Source: a candidate division BRC1 bacterium HGW-BRC1-1
GTDB lineage: Bacteria > Sumerlaeota > Sumerlaeia > Sumerlaeales > Sumerlaeaceae
Direction of reading: 5' to 3'
Assembly: GCA_002842095.1 (NCBI GenBank)
Contig: PHCB01000008.1
Span: 209,231-273,230, forward strand
DNA: 64,000 nt
Shown: one piece after another, positions 40,704 to 50,276 of the stretch
How the letters are laid out: each line of letters begins with the position of its first letter
Numbering within the stretch: position 1 is the stretch's first letter
Translations under genes and position numbers: made by a program
The notes under the pieces: generated by a model
The model's input: only the letters and a program-made list of their open reading frames with translations
What the model was told of the DNA's origin: nothing
Databases searched by the model: none

Positions 40704-41942
40704 TTATAGATTCTTGCCGAGAGTTCCCGGAAGGCTGAACAGTGGCAGATAGAGGGCCACGACGATGACGCCGACGATGGCGCCGAGGAACACGATGAGT
40801 ACCGGTTCAAGAATGGACGTGAGGGCGTTCACCGTGTCGTCCACTTCGCGTTCGTAGGCTTCCGCCACTTTAGCCAACATCTGGTCGATGGCGCCGGTCT
40901 CCTCACCGACGGCGACCATGTGGACGACCAGGGGGGGAAAGACTTTACATTTCGAAAGCGGCTCGTGGATCGTCGCACCGTCCTTCACACTGGCGTAAAC
41001 CGTGTCCATGGCGCGTGTTACCACTTCGTTGCCGCTGGTTTCCCGGACGATGTCGAGGGCCTGCAGGATGGGCACACCTGAGGTAATCAACGTGGCGAGC
41101 GTGCTGGAAAAACGCACGATGGCGGTCTTGCGGAACAGGTCGCCGAAGACCGGCAGTTTAAGTTTCAGGCTGTCGAAGAAGTACTTTCCCTCCTTCGCCG
41201 AGTTAACCTTTTTCAAGACCTGCCATGCCACAACCACGGCAAGGACCACCCAGATCGTGCGGTGAGCCAGGAGGTAACTGAGGTCGATAAGCACCTGGGT
41301 GAGCCAGGGAAGATCAGCGCCAAGCTGGTCGAAAATATCCTTAAACTTCGGAATGATCACGAGCAGAATGAAACTGACGATGCCTAATGCCAGTGTCATG
41401 ACGACAAGGGGGTACATCATGGCGGAGCGGACCTTGCCGATGATGGCCTGGCGCTTTTCGAGGAACTCGGCAACTTTGTTCAAGACGGCTTCAAGGACCC
41501 CGCCCATCTCACCGGCGCGCACCATGTTCACATATAGGCCGTCGAACACCCTGGGGTGCTTTGCGAGGGCCTCGGAAAGCGTTCCACCTCTTTCGATGTC
41601 TGTGGCAATCTGTCGGATTTTTTCTTTGAAGATCGCCGACTCCACCTGCTCTTGCAGAATATGAAGCGCTCGCAAAATGGGCAAGCCGGCATCGATCAGC
41701 GTGGCGAGCTGGCGCGTGAAGGTCATGACGTGTTTCAATTTCACACGGTGAAAGATGACGCGCAAACCGGGGAGGGCCAGCACGTCCACACTGCCCGCCT
41801 TGCGTTTGTTGATCGCAACATTGAGCGGGAAGTAACCCATGTTGCGCAGTTTCTCGACAATGACTTCATCGCTGCTGGCGTCGATTACTCCGCGAACCTG
41901 CTTCCCACCTTTATCGAGGGCTTCGTAGGTATACTCCGGCAT
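40704..41942 (-). CDS. gspF: GspF/PilC platform protein, paralog 2. It is a tandem duplicate, about 88% nucleotide identity with copy 1 by eye.
   Basis: Length 412 aa. The N-terminus is MPEYTYEALDKGGKQVRGVIDASSDEVIVEKLRNMGYFPL. It is colinear with copy 1 through both flanks. Confidence 0.8.
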   Translation of the reverse strand: MPEYTYEALDKGGKQVRGVIDASSDEVIVEKLRNMGYFPLNVAINKRKAGSVDVLALPGLRVIFHRVKLKHVMTFTRQLATLIDAGLPILRALHILQEQVESAIFKEKIRQIATDIERGGTLSEALAKHPRVFDGLYVNMVRAGEMGGVLEAVLNKVAEFLEKRQAIIGKVRSAMMYPLVVMTLALGIVSFILLVIIPKFKDIFDQLGADLPWLTQVLIDLSYLLAHRTIWVVLAVVVAWQVLKKVNSAKEGKYFFDSLKLKLPVFGDLFRKTAIVRFSSTLATLITSGVPILQALDIVRETSGNEVVTRAMDTVYASVKDGATIHEPLSKCKVFPPLVVHMVAVGEETGAIDQMLAKVAEAYEREVDDTVNALTSILEPVLIVFLGAIVGVIVVALYLPLFSLPGTLGKNL

Positions 41943-42144
41943 GGCATCGTAACCTTTCCACGAATCGCACCTGGGGCCGACTGGCCGGATGCAACCCGTT
42001 CAACCGATTTGCGACCATTTTGTACCGTTATATCTGATTGGACGCGCGGGTCGGTCGGGGGGATGACAACATAGAAAATTCTGCGTGGAAATGTGATCGT
42101 TTCTTCAACTTGCAGATTTAGGCGCGAGGCATGTATGCTCGGCA

Positions 42145-43041
42145 TTGATGAAGTCTGTTCATAAAATCCACCTGCCACTGATGGCCATTGCCGCGATGTT
42201 CGTGCTGTCGGCGTGTTCTGAGATGAAACTGGTAAATGCGGGGGCCGTGGAGTCTGAAGAGGACCCGAGGGAAAACATCCACCTCACGGGGATGAAGGCC
42301 GAAGTCACCAGCGGAAGTCTCGTGCAGCATCAGATTGAAAGCAGCACAGCGTCGTTGGTTCTGGGCGTGGCGAATCGGCGTCTGAATGTCGGTACCCTCA
42401 CCGTGGCCAGTTATAACGACAAGGGCAAGCTACAGGGAATTACCGAGGCTGAGTCCGGCGTGGTATATCTTGCGGCGGATGCCAAATTAAAGCGCGCACG
42501 CAGCGACATGGATTTTTCGGGTGGGGTTGAGTACCGGGTGCCCCAGGCCGACGATCCCACAACGAATTCCGTTACGATGGTGACAGAAGAGCTTCGTTGG
42601 GACGGAACTGCCGGCCTTTTTCGCTGCCCTTCCTATTATCAGATGACGATGCAGTCACCAAACAATATGACGTTCGTTGCCGTGGGGGATGGGTTTACCG
42701 CCACCAGAGATCTGCAAAAATGGAACGTTAAGCACGGTGGGATTGGCACTGTTTCGAATCTTGATATGCGTACCGTGAATGCACAGAAGGGTAAGGAAAC
42801 GGTGGAATTGGCGGATAGGCTGGCCGTCGAAGCTGTTCGCGTAAAGGAAGTCACCTCACCCAGCCCGACGGCTCCTGCTGATACAAATGCGGCACCCGAG
42901 GCACCGAAACCAGCGCAGCCAGAACAACCTGGGACAGTCGTAGACACTACGACGGGCAGAAAAAAAGCGGTTATCCCCATGATGAAGCCTCGAGCAACCA
43001 CTGCGCCCATAAGCTCATCCTCCTTTGAAAAACCCGAGTGA
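42145..43041 (+). CDS. Lipoprotein, possibly with an LptC/OstA-like fold; hypothetical. The 3' end may be frameshifted into ORF 43025-43273.
   Basis: Signal peptide plus lipobox MAIAAMFVLSAC. The body is Thr/Ser-rich and beta-predicted, with a Pro/Ala-rich tail. The call is tentative. Confidence 0.45.
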   Translation: MMKSVHKIHLPLMAIAAMFVLSACSEMKLVNAGAVESEEDPRENIHLTGMKAEVTSGSLVQHQIESSTASLVLGVANRRLNVGTLTVASYNDKGKLQGITEAESGVVYLAADAKLKRARSDMDFSGGVEYRVPQADDPTTNSVTMVTEELRWDGTAGLFRCPSYYQMTMQSPNNMTFVAVGDGFTATRDLQKWNVKHGGIGTVSNLDMRTVNAQKGKETVELADRLAVEAVRVKEVTSPSPTAPADTNAAPEAPKPAQPEQPGTVVDTTTGRKKAVIPMMKPRATTAPISSSSFEKPE

Positions 43042-43273
43042 TCTTTTCAGCATAAGCCGAGCGGTTTCGGGTGGGAGTATCACAGTGGACGTGGTAGATG
43101 GAAAGCCTCAGGTGAAAATCTCTTCCCCCGAAGGGGAAATACGCACCGGTTCACGCAAAGGTGGGATGAGGGCCTCCAGTGCCGGTCGAGGAAGAGAGGC
43201 TGTTTCGCCAGTTTCGACACCCCTCGATAGTACTGCGCCAAGCGGTTCATCTCCTTCTGAAAAATCGGAGTAA
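43025..43273 (+). CDS. Small ORF encoding a copy of the LptA-like C-terminal module. It is either the frameshifted 3' part of the preceding lipoprotein gene or an independent small gene.
   Basis: AVSGGSITVDVVDGKPQVKISSPEGEIRTGSRKGGMRASSAG is paralogous to MVSGGRITVDVVDGKPQVKISAPDGNVRPGMRSGGMKAADTVSG at the C-terminus of the gene at 43403..44188. The DNA identity is visible by eye. Confidence 0.3.
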   Translation: MKNPSDLFSISRAVSGGSITVDVVDGKPQVKISSPEGEIRTGSRKGGMRASSAGRGREAVSPVSTPLDSTAPSGSSPSEKSE

Positions 43274-43402
43274 TTTTTTTCAGTCGAAGTTGAGCGGTTT
43301 GGTCTTGATGGTCGGCGTCATTCGTGAGTTTATCCTCGTCGCAGACGTATTTTTTACGATCGGTCGAGGGCTTGTGAATGGCCCCGACGTACTGAAACAG
43401 GA

Positions 43403-44188
43403 GTGCTTCTCATAATGCGCGTTGAAATGTTCTCGTTGATGGCGGCCCTGCTGGTCGCCAGTGCCATCCCTTCCGCCACAGCGCAGGAAACGGCAGCACC
43501 CGCTCCCGCCACCTCGGGCAAGAGCAAAGTCCAAATGCCCGACATCGCTGAGAATCGCAAACCCGACGAGGGTGAGCAAACTGGCCTGATGTCCGGCGGC
43601 AAACCTTTCGCTCTCTCCACCGATCCCGAGGGGGAGTTGATTTATAATATGGATCCGGACACGGGTAGTTTGGATTCGGTAACTGCGAAAAAAGGGGTCG
43701 TGTTCACCAGCGAGGATATGACGCTCAACGCGGACCAGATGGATTACAAAGGCAGCACTTCGGAGCTTGTGGCATCGGGCAAGCGTGTCGTTGTTCGCCA
43801 GGGTGACATGGTGCTCACTTGTCAGCTTTTCAAATATTTCCCAGAGACCCAGAAGAGCGAGTTTACGGGAAATCCCATTCTCTACAACAAAACCAAGGAC
43901 GGCGAAGTCCAGATGGTTTCGGGTGGACGCATCACAGTGGATGTTGTTGACGGCAAACCCCAGGTGAAAATATCAGCTCCTGACGGAAACGTGCGTCCCG
44001 GTATGCGCAGTGGTGGAATGAAGGCTGCCGATACGGTGTCTGGCCCTGTGTCGTCTCAGGAAAAAGCTCGTGTCTTCAGCACGCAGGGTGGCACGCCACC
44101 TCCTGCCACGGCAGAGAAACCCAGCGAAGAAAAATCCACCCCTTTGTTGGGAATTCCCCAAATCAATATGAGTGGCAAACAGGAATAG
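43403..44188 (+). CDS. Periplasmic LptA/OstA-like protein (OstA_N domain).
   Basis: Signal peptide MFSLMAALLVASAIPSATAQ. Block VVVRQGDMVLTCQLFKY...EFTGNPILYNKTKDGEVQMVSGGRITVDV matches the LptA beta-jellyroll pattern. Confidence 0.5.
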   Translation: MLLIMRVEMFSLMAALLVASAIPSATAQETAAPAPATSGKSKVQMPDIAENRKPDEGEQTGLMSGGKPFALSTDPEGELIYNMDPDTGSLDSVTAKKGVVFTSEDMTLNADQMDYKGSTSELVASGKRVVVRQGDMVLTCQLFKYFPETQKSEFTGNPILYNKTKDGEVQMVSGGRITVDVVDGKPQVKISAPDGNVRPGMRSGGMKAADTVSGPVSSQEKARVFSTQGGTPPPATAEKPSEEKSTPLLGIPQINMSGKQE

Positions 44189-44252
44189 CCGTTTGAGATG
44201 ATTTTCCTTTCCTGAGCATCACAAGTGCATGGAATGCTCGGGGGGGCGTAGA

Positions 44253-44285
44253 AAGCTATTGTCTCAATAGCTTCCTGTTTTTCAT
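44253..44285 (+). terminator. Rho-independent terminator downstream of the LptA-like gene.
   Basis: AAGCTATTG-TCT-CAATAGCTT is a 9-bp perfect stem. It is followed by CCTGTTTTTC. Confidence 0.65.
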
Positions 44286-44313
44286 TCTCCCATCATCCAA
44301 GGGGATTATTTCA

Positions 44314-45288
44314 GTGCGTTGTTTAGTAACCGGAGCCGCTGGTTTTATCGGCTCCACCCTGAGTGAACGACTATTAAACGATGGTCATGACGTTGTGGGT
44401 GTGGACTGTTTTGTCCCTTATTATCCCCGCGTTTTGAAAGATTCAAACCTCCAAGGACCCCTTGGCCATGAGCGGTTTCAATTTCTTGAAGCCGACCTCA
44501 ATACAATCTTCGATTCCGATGCGATCCCATATGCAGGGATCCTCGACGGCATTGATGTCGTTTTCCATCAGGCTGCCCAGGCCGGCGTACGGGCGAGTTG
44601 GGGCGCTGACTTCGCAATTTATACGCACAACAATATTCTCGCTACGCAGAAGTTGCTCGAGGCTTGCAGGAAGTACCCTGATATTCGCGTTGTCTACGCG
44701 TCCTCTTCCTCTGTTTATGGCGAGACACCCAAATTCCCCATGCACGAGGATGACCTTCCACGACCGGTTTCTCCCTACGGCGTGAGCAAATTAGCCGCCG
44801 AGCATCTCATGCGACTCTATTTTGCCAATTTTGGGGTAAAGACCGTTTCGCTGCGTTACTTCACTGTGTACGGTCCTCGCCAACGCCCGGACATGGCATT
44901 CCATCGTCTGTGTGCCTCCATTCTCCAGGGCACCCAATACCGGATGTTCGGCACGGGAGAACAAACGCGGGACTTTACCTATGTGGATGACATTGTTCTG
45001 GCGAACATAGCCGCTGCAGAGCGGGGGCAACTTGGGGCGGTCTATAATATCGGCGGTGGTTCACGCATATCGATGAATGATGTCATCGCCAAACTCGAAG
45101 GCATCGCAGGCCGCAAAGGTAACATCACCTACGAAGGTCGCGAAAACGGCGATGTAACCCACACGGGCGCAGACACCACCTCTGCCCGCAAGGAACTGGG
45201 CTTCACGCCTCGGGTGGATTTGAATGAAGGACTCGCGAAGGAACTCGCTTATATCGAGCAGGTAGTGCTTCCTCTTAAGCTCAACTAA
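44314..45288 (+). CDS. NAD-dependent epimerase/dehydratase of the extended SDR family (UDP-sugar 4-epimerase/decarboxylase-like). GTG start.
   Basis: The N-terminus is VTGAAGFIGS. The S-x(n)-YxxxK active-site block is YGVSKLAAE. Confidence 0.75.
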   Translation: MRCLVTGAAGFIGSTLSERLLNDGHDVVGVDCFVPYYPRVLKDSNLQGPLGHERFQFLEADLNTIFDSDAIPYAGILDGIDVVFHQAAQAGVRASWGADFAIYTHNNILATQKLLEACRKYPDIRVVYASSSSVYGETPKFPMHEDDLPRPVSPYGVSKLAAEHLMRLYFANFGVKTVSLRYFTVYGPRQRPDMAFHRLCASILQGTQYRMFGTGEQTRDFTYVDDIVLANIAAAERGQLGAVYNIGGGSRISMNDVIAKLEGIAGRKGNITYEGRENGDVTHTGADTTSARKELGFTPRVDLNEGLAKELAYIEQVVLPLKLN

Positions 45289-45316
45289 CGAACATTCGAT
45301 CTTTGGCACCGGGACG

Positions 45317-45721
45317 ATGAACGACAGCATTACGCAGATATTTGGCATCCTTATGACTGCCGCGGCAGGCGTTTTGGCCATTTGGGAGTACAGGGCCTGG
45401 CGCGGCTACTATGGAGACAACTTTCTCCTCACCCGCCGCCGGCTACGCAGACGCCTGCTTATAGCCGGAGTCCTTGCCGGCTTTGGCGTGTTGCTGGGGT
45501 TGGAAGGCACCGGGGTTATTCCCATCCGAGACCCCCGTTTGTTTCTGGCTTATGCGGCCAGCATGTTGCTTCTGTCCGTTGTTCTCTTGATCCTCGCCGG
45601 AGCAGATTTTGTGGATACCGTAAAACATGCCTCCACGGAATCATTGCGCGAACTGGAACGTTCCCTCCAACCACCGACAGATGATGAATCGCCATCGGCT
45701 GATAATGAAACGTCTCACTGA
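45317..45721 (+). CDS. Small membrane protein immediately upstream of the sensor kinase. Hypothetical.
   Basis: Length 134 aa with 3 predicted TM helices. It ends 10 bp before the HK start. Confidence 0.4.
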   Translation: MNDSITQIFGILMTAAAGVLAIWEYRAWRGYYGDNFLLTRRRLRRRLLIAGVLAGFGVLLGLEGTGVIPIRDPRLFLAYAASMLLLSVVLLILAGADFVDTVKHASTESLRELERSLQPPTDDESPSADNETSH

Positions 45722-45730
45722 ACCGCTGCG

Positions 45731-47113
45731 ATGAGACATCTGAGTTTCAGAGCCAAAGTCTGGCTATGGTTCACCGCCTCGGTGCTGATCTTTGTTTTCA
45801 GCATTTACGCGGCCGGCAGCCTCTATGTGGACCATCTCCAAAAGCGGAATGTGAGTGCCGTTGTCGAACTCGCGCGGGAACAGGCTCGCCAACTCCGGAG
45901 AGATCTGATCGAGTTGTTGGTGGCGCAACCGGCCGGATCGGAAATGAGCAGCGCCGCTTTTCGCGCTGATGCCCGCCGGGTGACCAGCGTCGCGATTCGT
46001 CTCAATCAGAACATCGAATGGGCAATGATCGTAGACGCTGAAGGGAACAAGATCGTTCAAACGACCCGAGACGGCGATATGGTTCTCCAGCCCATGCAGA
46101 GCGATAAGGAAGCTATCGAACTTCCACTGCCCGATGGCGGTATGGGCGAGGTGCTTGTTGAAAGCCGGGATGGCGCGCCCACGGAGGTTCGGGAGCCGCT
46201 ATCGAAGGAAGGGCACAAGCTGGGAGAGATTCGCTTCAAGCTTGCTGACAGCAGCACTTATCGTGGCATTCAGGAGACCAGCCACCAGATTTCCCAGGCG
46301 CTGCTGGCCGGAGCCCTCGGTTTTCTCGCGTTCGTGATACTTCTGTTTGCCGTGCTCTGGCGGCTGTTTGCCCGGCAGATTGAATTGACCCGGCAAAATG
46401 CGGATCTGGACCGCATGGCCTACGTAGGAACTCTCGCCTCGGGTCTGGCCCATGAAATTCGTAACCCGCTCAGTGCCATGAATGTGAACCTGGACGTGAT
46501 GCAGGAGGATCTGGAAGCAATCGAAAATGATCCCCAGGCTGTTGCCCACGCCAACAAGCTGGCCGGCCGGTTGCAGACTGAGGTTCGCCAACTCAACTCG
46601 ACCCTGACAAGTTTCCTCGACTTCGCATTGCCTCAGCGTGAAAGCTTTACTTTCTTCAGCTTGCGAGGATTGGTGGATGAGTTACTTGAACTACATGAGC
46701 CGCAATTGCAACAGGCTGGAATCACTGTGGAGGTCTCCGGTATGGACCGCCCCGCGAGCGCCATGGAGGGAGACCGAAGGCTTATCCATCAGGCGTTACG
46801 CCATTTAATTGTGAACGCTGTGCAGGTTCTTGCGGAATCTCTTCCCAAGCAATTACGTGTGCGAATCGAACCCGGCCAACAGCGGGGGATGATTCGGGTT
46901 GCGATTACCGATAGCGGTCCAGGAATCGACCCGGCGGATCTGGATAAACTGTTTGATGCATTCTTCACGCGACGCAAAGGCGGATCGGGCCTCGGGTTGG
47001 CAGTAACCCGCAAGGTTGTGATGGAGCATGGTGGCTCGATTCATGCTGAAAACAACTCCGAAGTGCGAGGCGCCACATTCGTGATTGAACTGCCGGTTAA
47101 ACAAACTGTCTGA
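45731..47113 (+). CDS. Sensor histidine kinase (HisKA + HATPase_c) with a periplasmic loop. NtrB/AtoS-like.
   Basis: Two TM segments flank a roughly 150-aa loop. The H-box is LASGLAHEIRNPLSAM. The G1/G2 boxes are ITDSGPGI...GGSGLGLAV. Confidence 0.75.
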   Translation: MRHLSFRAKVWLWFTASVLIFVFSIYAAGSLYVDHLQKRNVSAVVELAREQARQLRRDLIELLVAQPAGSEMSSAAFRADARRVTSVAIRLNQNIEWAMIVDAEGNKIVQTTRDGDMVLQPMQSDKEAIELPLPDGGMGEVLVESRDGAPTEVREPLSKEGHKLGEIRFKLADSSTYRGIQETSHQISQALLAGALGFLAFVILLFAVLWRLFARQIELTRQNADLDRMAYVGTLASGLAHEIRNPLSAMNVNLDVMQEDLEAIENDPQAVAHANKLAGRLQTEVRQLNSTLTSFLDFALPQRESFTFFSLRGLVDELLELHEPQLQQAGITVEVSGMDRPASAMEGDRRLIHQALRHLIVNAVQVLAESLPKQLRVRIEPGQQRGMIRVAITDSGPGIDPADLDKLFDAFFTRRKGGSGLGLAVTRKVVMEHGGSIHAENNSEVRGATFVIELPVKQTV

Positions 47114-47189
47114 TGAACGTGCAGATGAGTATTTTTATGGTTCGGTTTCGAGGGCAAATTCTGCACAGCGCTAAAAGCGGATTGGAAAA

Positions 47190-48536
47190 ATGACCCAAAC
47201 TTTGATGCTTGTGGATGACAACGAGGAAGGTCTTGCCAGCCTTCAGATCGGCTTTTCGCGCTCAGGTTACGAGGTGATTGCTGCCCATGGTGGTGGGGAA
47301 GCGATTAAAATCCTCGAAGAGCGGGAGGTTGACGCGGTCGTAACCGACCTGCGCATGCCCGATGTGGATGGGATGCAGGTCCTGGCAGCGGCCATGGCGC
47401 GCCAACCGTCACCACCGGTGATCATCATAACCGCCTTTGGCACGGTGGAATCCGCTGTTGAAGCTCTTCAGATTGGCGCGTTCACTTATCTCACCAAACC
47501 GCTCAATATCAAAGAGTTGCGCGCCCAGGTTGCCAAGGCCATGGAAATGCAGGCCTTGCGTCGGGAGAATCTTGAGCTACGGCGCGAGATTAACAGTCGT
47601 TACGGGTTTGAGGATCTGCTGGGTGATACCAAGGAGATGCGCGATCTTATCCATCGCATCCGAGTGATAGCCGATACCCGCGCCACGGTGTTGATTGAAG
47701 GCGAAAGCGGCACCGGCAAAGAACTCGTCGCGCGTGCAATCCACAAGAATTCGGGCCGAGCGCGCAAACCTTTTGTCCCGATCCATTGCGCTGCTCTGAG
47801 CGAAAGCCTGATCGAAAGCGAGCTCTTTGGTCATGAGAAGGGTGCCTTCACGGGTGCCCTTGCCAAACGGCAGGGGTTGTTCGAAATGGCGCACGGCGGA
47901 ACAGTCTTCCTCGATGAGGTGGGCGAGGTGCCCCTGGCTACACAGGTTAAACTTCTGCGGGTTCTTGAAGCGCGGGAGTTTTTACGGGTGGGAGGAACCG
48001 AACCCGTTCAGGTTGATGTGCGGGTTCTCACGGCCACTAATCGGGTTCTTCTGGAGGAAGTGGAGGAGGGGCGGTTCCGAGAGGATTTGTACTACCGCCT
48101 GAATGTCGTGCGTGTAAACATTCCCCCTCTGCGTGCGCGAGCCGCTGACATTCCGATGCTTATCGACCATTTCCTCGACCAATTTTCGAAGGAGCATGGC
48201 AAGGCTGATGTTCGTTTGACGAAGCGCGCATTGAACCGCTTGATGCAATTCCCGTGGCCGGGCAACGTCAGGCAATTGCGTAATGTTATCGAGAATCTGG
48301 TCCTTTTCTCGGACGGCCATGAGGTGGATGTGGACGATCTCTCACCGGAAATCCTGAGCGATTCCACGAAAGAAATTACTTTCCAGGTGGGCACACCGCT
48401 CGACCATGTGGAACGAAAACTGATTGAACGCACCTTGCTCCATGCAAACAGCAATCGGACCCATGCGGCAGAGCTCTTGGGAATATCGAGACGGACGCTG
48501 CTGCGAAAGATTAAAGAATTGAGCCTTGAAGGATAG
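47190..48536 (+). CDS. Sigma-54-dependent response regulator (REC + AAA+ sigma54-interaction + Fis-type HTH). NtrC family.
   Basis: REC D-box DLRMPDVDG. The Walker A is [15 protein letters not shown]. The GAFTGA motif is present. The C-terminal HTH is [21 protein letters not shown]. Confidence 0.85.
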   Translation: MTQTLMLVDDNEEGLASLQIGFSRSGYEVIAAHGGGEAIKILEEREVDAVVTDLRMPDVDGMQVLAAAMARQPSPPVIIITAFGTVESAVEALQIGAFTYLTKPLNIKELRAQVAKAMEMQALRRENLELRREINSRYGFEDLLGDTKEMRDLIHRIRVIADTRATVLIEGESGTGKELVARAIHKNSGRARKPFVPIHCAALSESLIESELFGHEKGAFTGALAKRQGLFEMAHGGTVFLDEVGEVPLATQVKLLRVLEAREFLRVGGTEPVQVDVRVLTATNRVLLEEVEEGRFREDLYYRLNVVRVNIPPLRARAADIPMLIDHFLDQFSKEHGKADVRLTKRALNRLMQFPWPGNVRQLRNVIENLVLFSDGHEVDVDDLSPEILSDSTKEITFQVGTPLDHVERKLIERTLLHANSNRTHAAELLGISRRTLLRKIKELSLEG

Positions 48537-50258
48537 TTACAGTGGCTTGCCCGTGAGCTTTTCAACCAAGCCGCGAATCTCCTGCTGCTGTTGAAGATTT
48601 TCGGGTTCCATGGCTGGAGGGGGAGCGGTGACAGAAGCGGACTTGGATTGCAGTGATGCCTCAGCTTTTCGACGCATTTCTGAGGCTCGCTTCGAAATCG
48701 CAGAGCCTGCATAATCCACCTGGATCCGCGTCAGAATCGGCAAGGCCTCCTCATTTCTTCCCTGCAAAACCAAGCGCTCTGCATTTTGCAGCAGAGCTAC
48801 GCCACGGTCGCCCTTCAGTTCCTTCCCTCGTTTGAGGGCGTATCGGCTTAGTTCGAGGAGGCTGCCGGCCTCGGTGTAGTATGGACCTTTTGTGGTCCGC
48901 TTACGGAAATCATCGGCTCTGCGAATGACTTCGGGGTACTGTGCATTCTGGTAGAGAACCGCGATTTCTTCAAGTTCGGATTTCTGTTCTGATGCTTGTA
49001 GAAGTTCGATTTGTAACTCGGCGTTTTCCTTCAAGGTTGGAGAAATCCGGGCAGCTTGGAACTCGATTAATGGTTCATCGTGCAAGCCCATCTCTATTCC
49101 CCAGACCGCCAACTGGTACCGGGCCAGCAAATCTGAGTCGGATATAGCAGCCCGTCTTCGGGCAAATTCCACTCGATGAAGTTCCGTTGCCCCGGCATCG
49201 GCCTGAAGCAGGGAGAGTCGGTCCGCGGCCTTCTTTGCCTGATCGTATCGCTCTGTCGAAATAAGGATGGCGATCGTTTCCTGCATGAGCCCAACCCGGC
49301 CGGAAATCGGAGCGGAGGTTTCTAAAAAAGAATGGGCGACCGAATCAGCCGTGGGTGCAAGCGCGGAGGGAGAAAGCGTGGTGGTCGCTTCCCGAAGGAT
49401 TTTTCGTGTGCTGTCCAGGGCAATGCCGGGTGCAAGAGGTGCCAGAGAACCGGAAAGTAGCTGAAGAGCTTCTTCAAACCGCCCTGAGGTAGCAAGCCGT
49501 TCAGCCTCCGCGAGTTCAAACTGAACCCGGTTGGATCGTGTGCCTTCCGTTGGAACCACGTTGCTTAACAAACGGACTGCTTTCAGAGCCTCATCGTTAC
49601 GACCCAGCGCGAGGAATTCCTTAATGGATTGCTCGACAACAGGTTGAACGGTTTTCGCCTGAGACGGGTTCTTCCTCCAGTAGACCGGTTCAACTTTCAG
49701 AAGGTCATCGACGAACCCAGTCCAATCTGAGCGTTGCGCACGTACACGTCCGAGCGTGACAAGCAACTCTGACGGGGGAGAAGTGGGCCTGTCTGAAATG
49801 GAGTTTTCGAATGCGGTCATGTCGGAAGCACTCATGGAACCTGCATTTTTAACGATGCCCTCTCCGTGAGACTTCAGGAAGTCGTCGATCGCTTTCTGGC
49901 GCGATTGAGGTTCGCTATTAGCGGATTCGATGGAGGCCAGAGCACTTCCCAGCCCGCCCTTTCCGATGGCCAATTCGGACCTGGCTCGGGCATTGGCGCG
50001 ATTGGAATATTTTTCAACCCGCAGGACATTTCCAAGGGGAAAGCTGACAACTCCCGACGGGGTTTCTACGCGCACCATACCCGGACGAGACTCATCTACA
50101 ACCCCTTCAACGGTCCGGCCATTACGCAGGAAAACCTGATCTGCCCAACATGCGGGGCAGACAAAGGTGACTAATAGAAGTAGTGGCGGTGTCGTCCACC
50201 GACATCGGCGATTGCTGGACATATGGTCTATCCACCACGCCAGCCTGGGCTGCGTCAA
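48537..50258 (-). CDS. Secreted TPR-repeat protein, hypothetical. It is co-directional with and 18 bp downstream of nuoN.
   Basis: The N-terminus is signal-like (LLLLVTFVCPACWA). The body is TPR-like helical repeats. Length is 573 aa. Confidence 0.45.
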   Translation of the reverse strand: MTQPRLAWWIDHMSSNRRCRWTTPPLLLLVTFVCPACWADQVFLRNGRTVEGVVDESRPGMVRVETPSGVVSFPLGNVLRVEKYSNRANARARSELAIGKGGLGSALASIESANSEPQSRQKAIDDFLKSHGEGIVKNAGSMSASDMTAFENSISDRPTSPPSELLVTLGRVRAQRSDWTGFVDDLLKVEPVYWRKNPSQAKTVQPVVEQSIKEFLALGRNDEALKAVRLLSNVVPTEGTRSNRVQFELAEAERLATSGRFEEALQLLSGSLAPLAPGIALDSTRKILREATTTLSPSALAPTADSVAHSFLETSAPISGRVGLMQETIAILISTERYDQAKKAADRLSLLQADAGATELHRVEFARRRAAISDSDLLARYQLAVWGIEMGLHDEPLIEFQAARISPTLKENAELQIELLQASEQKSELEEIAVLYQNAQYPEVIRRADDFRKRTTKGPYYTEAGSLLELSRYALKRGKELKGDRGVALLQNAERLVLQGRNEEALPILTRIQVDYAGSAISKRASEMRRKAEASLQSKSASVTAPPPAMEPENLQQQQEIRGLVEKLTGKPL

Positions 50259-50276
50259 TCGCAGTGAATCAATAAA

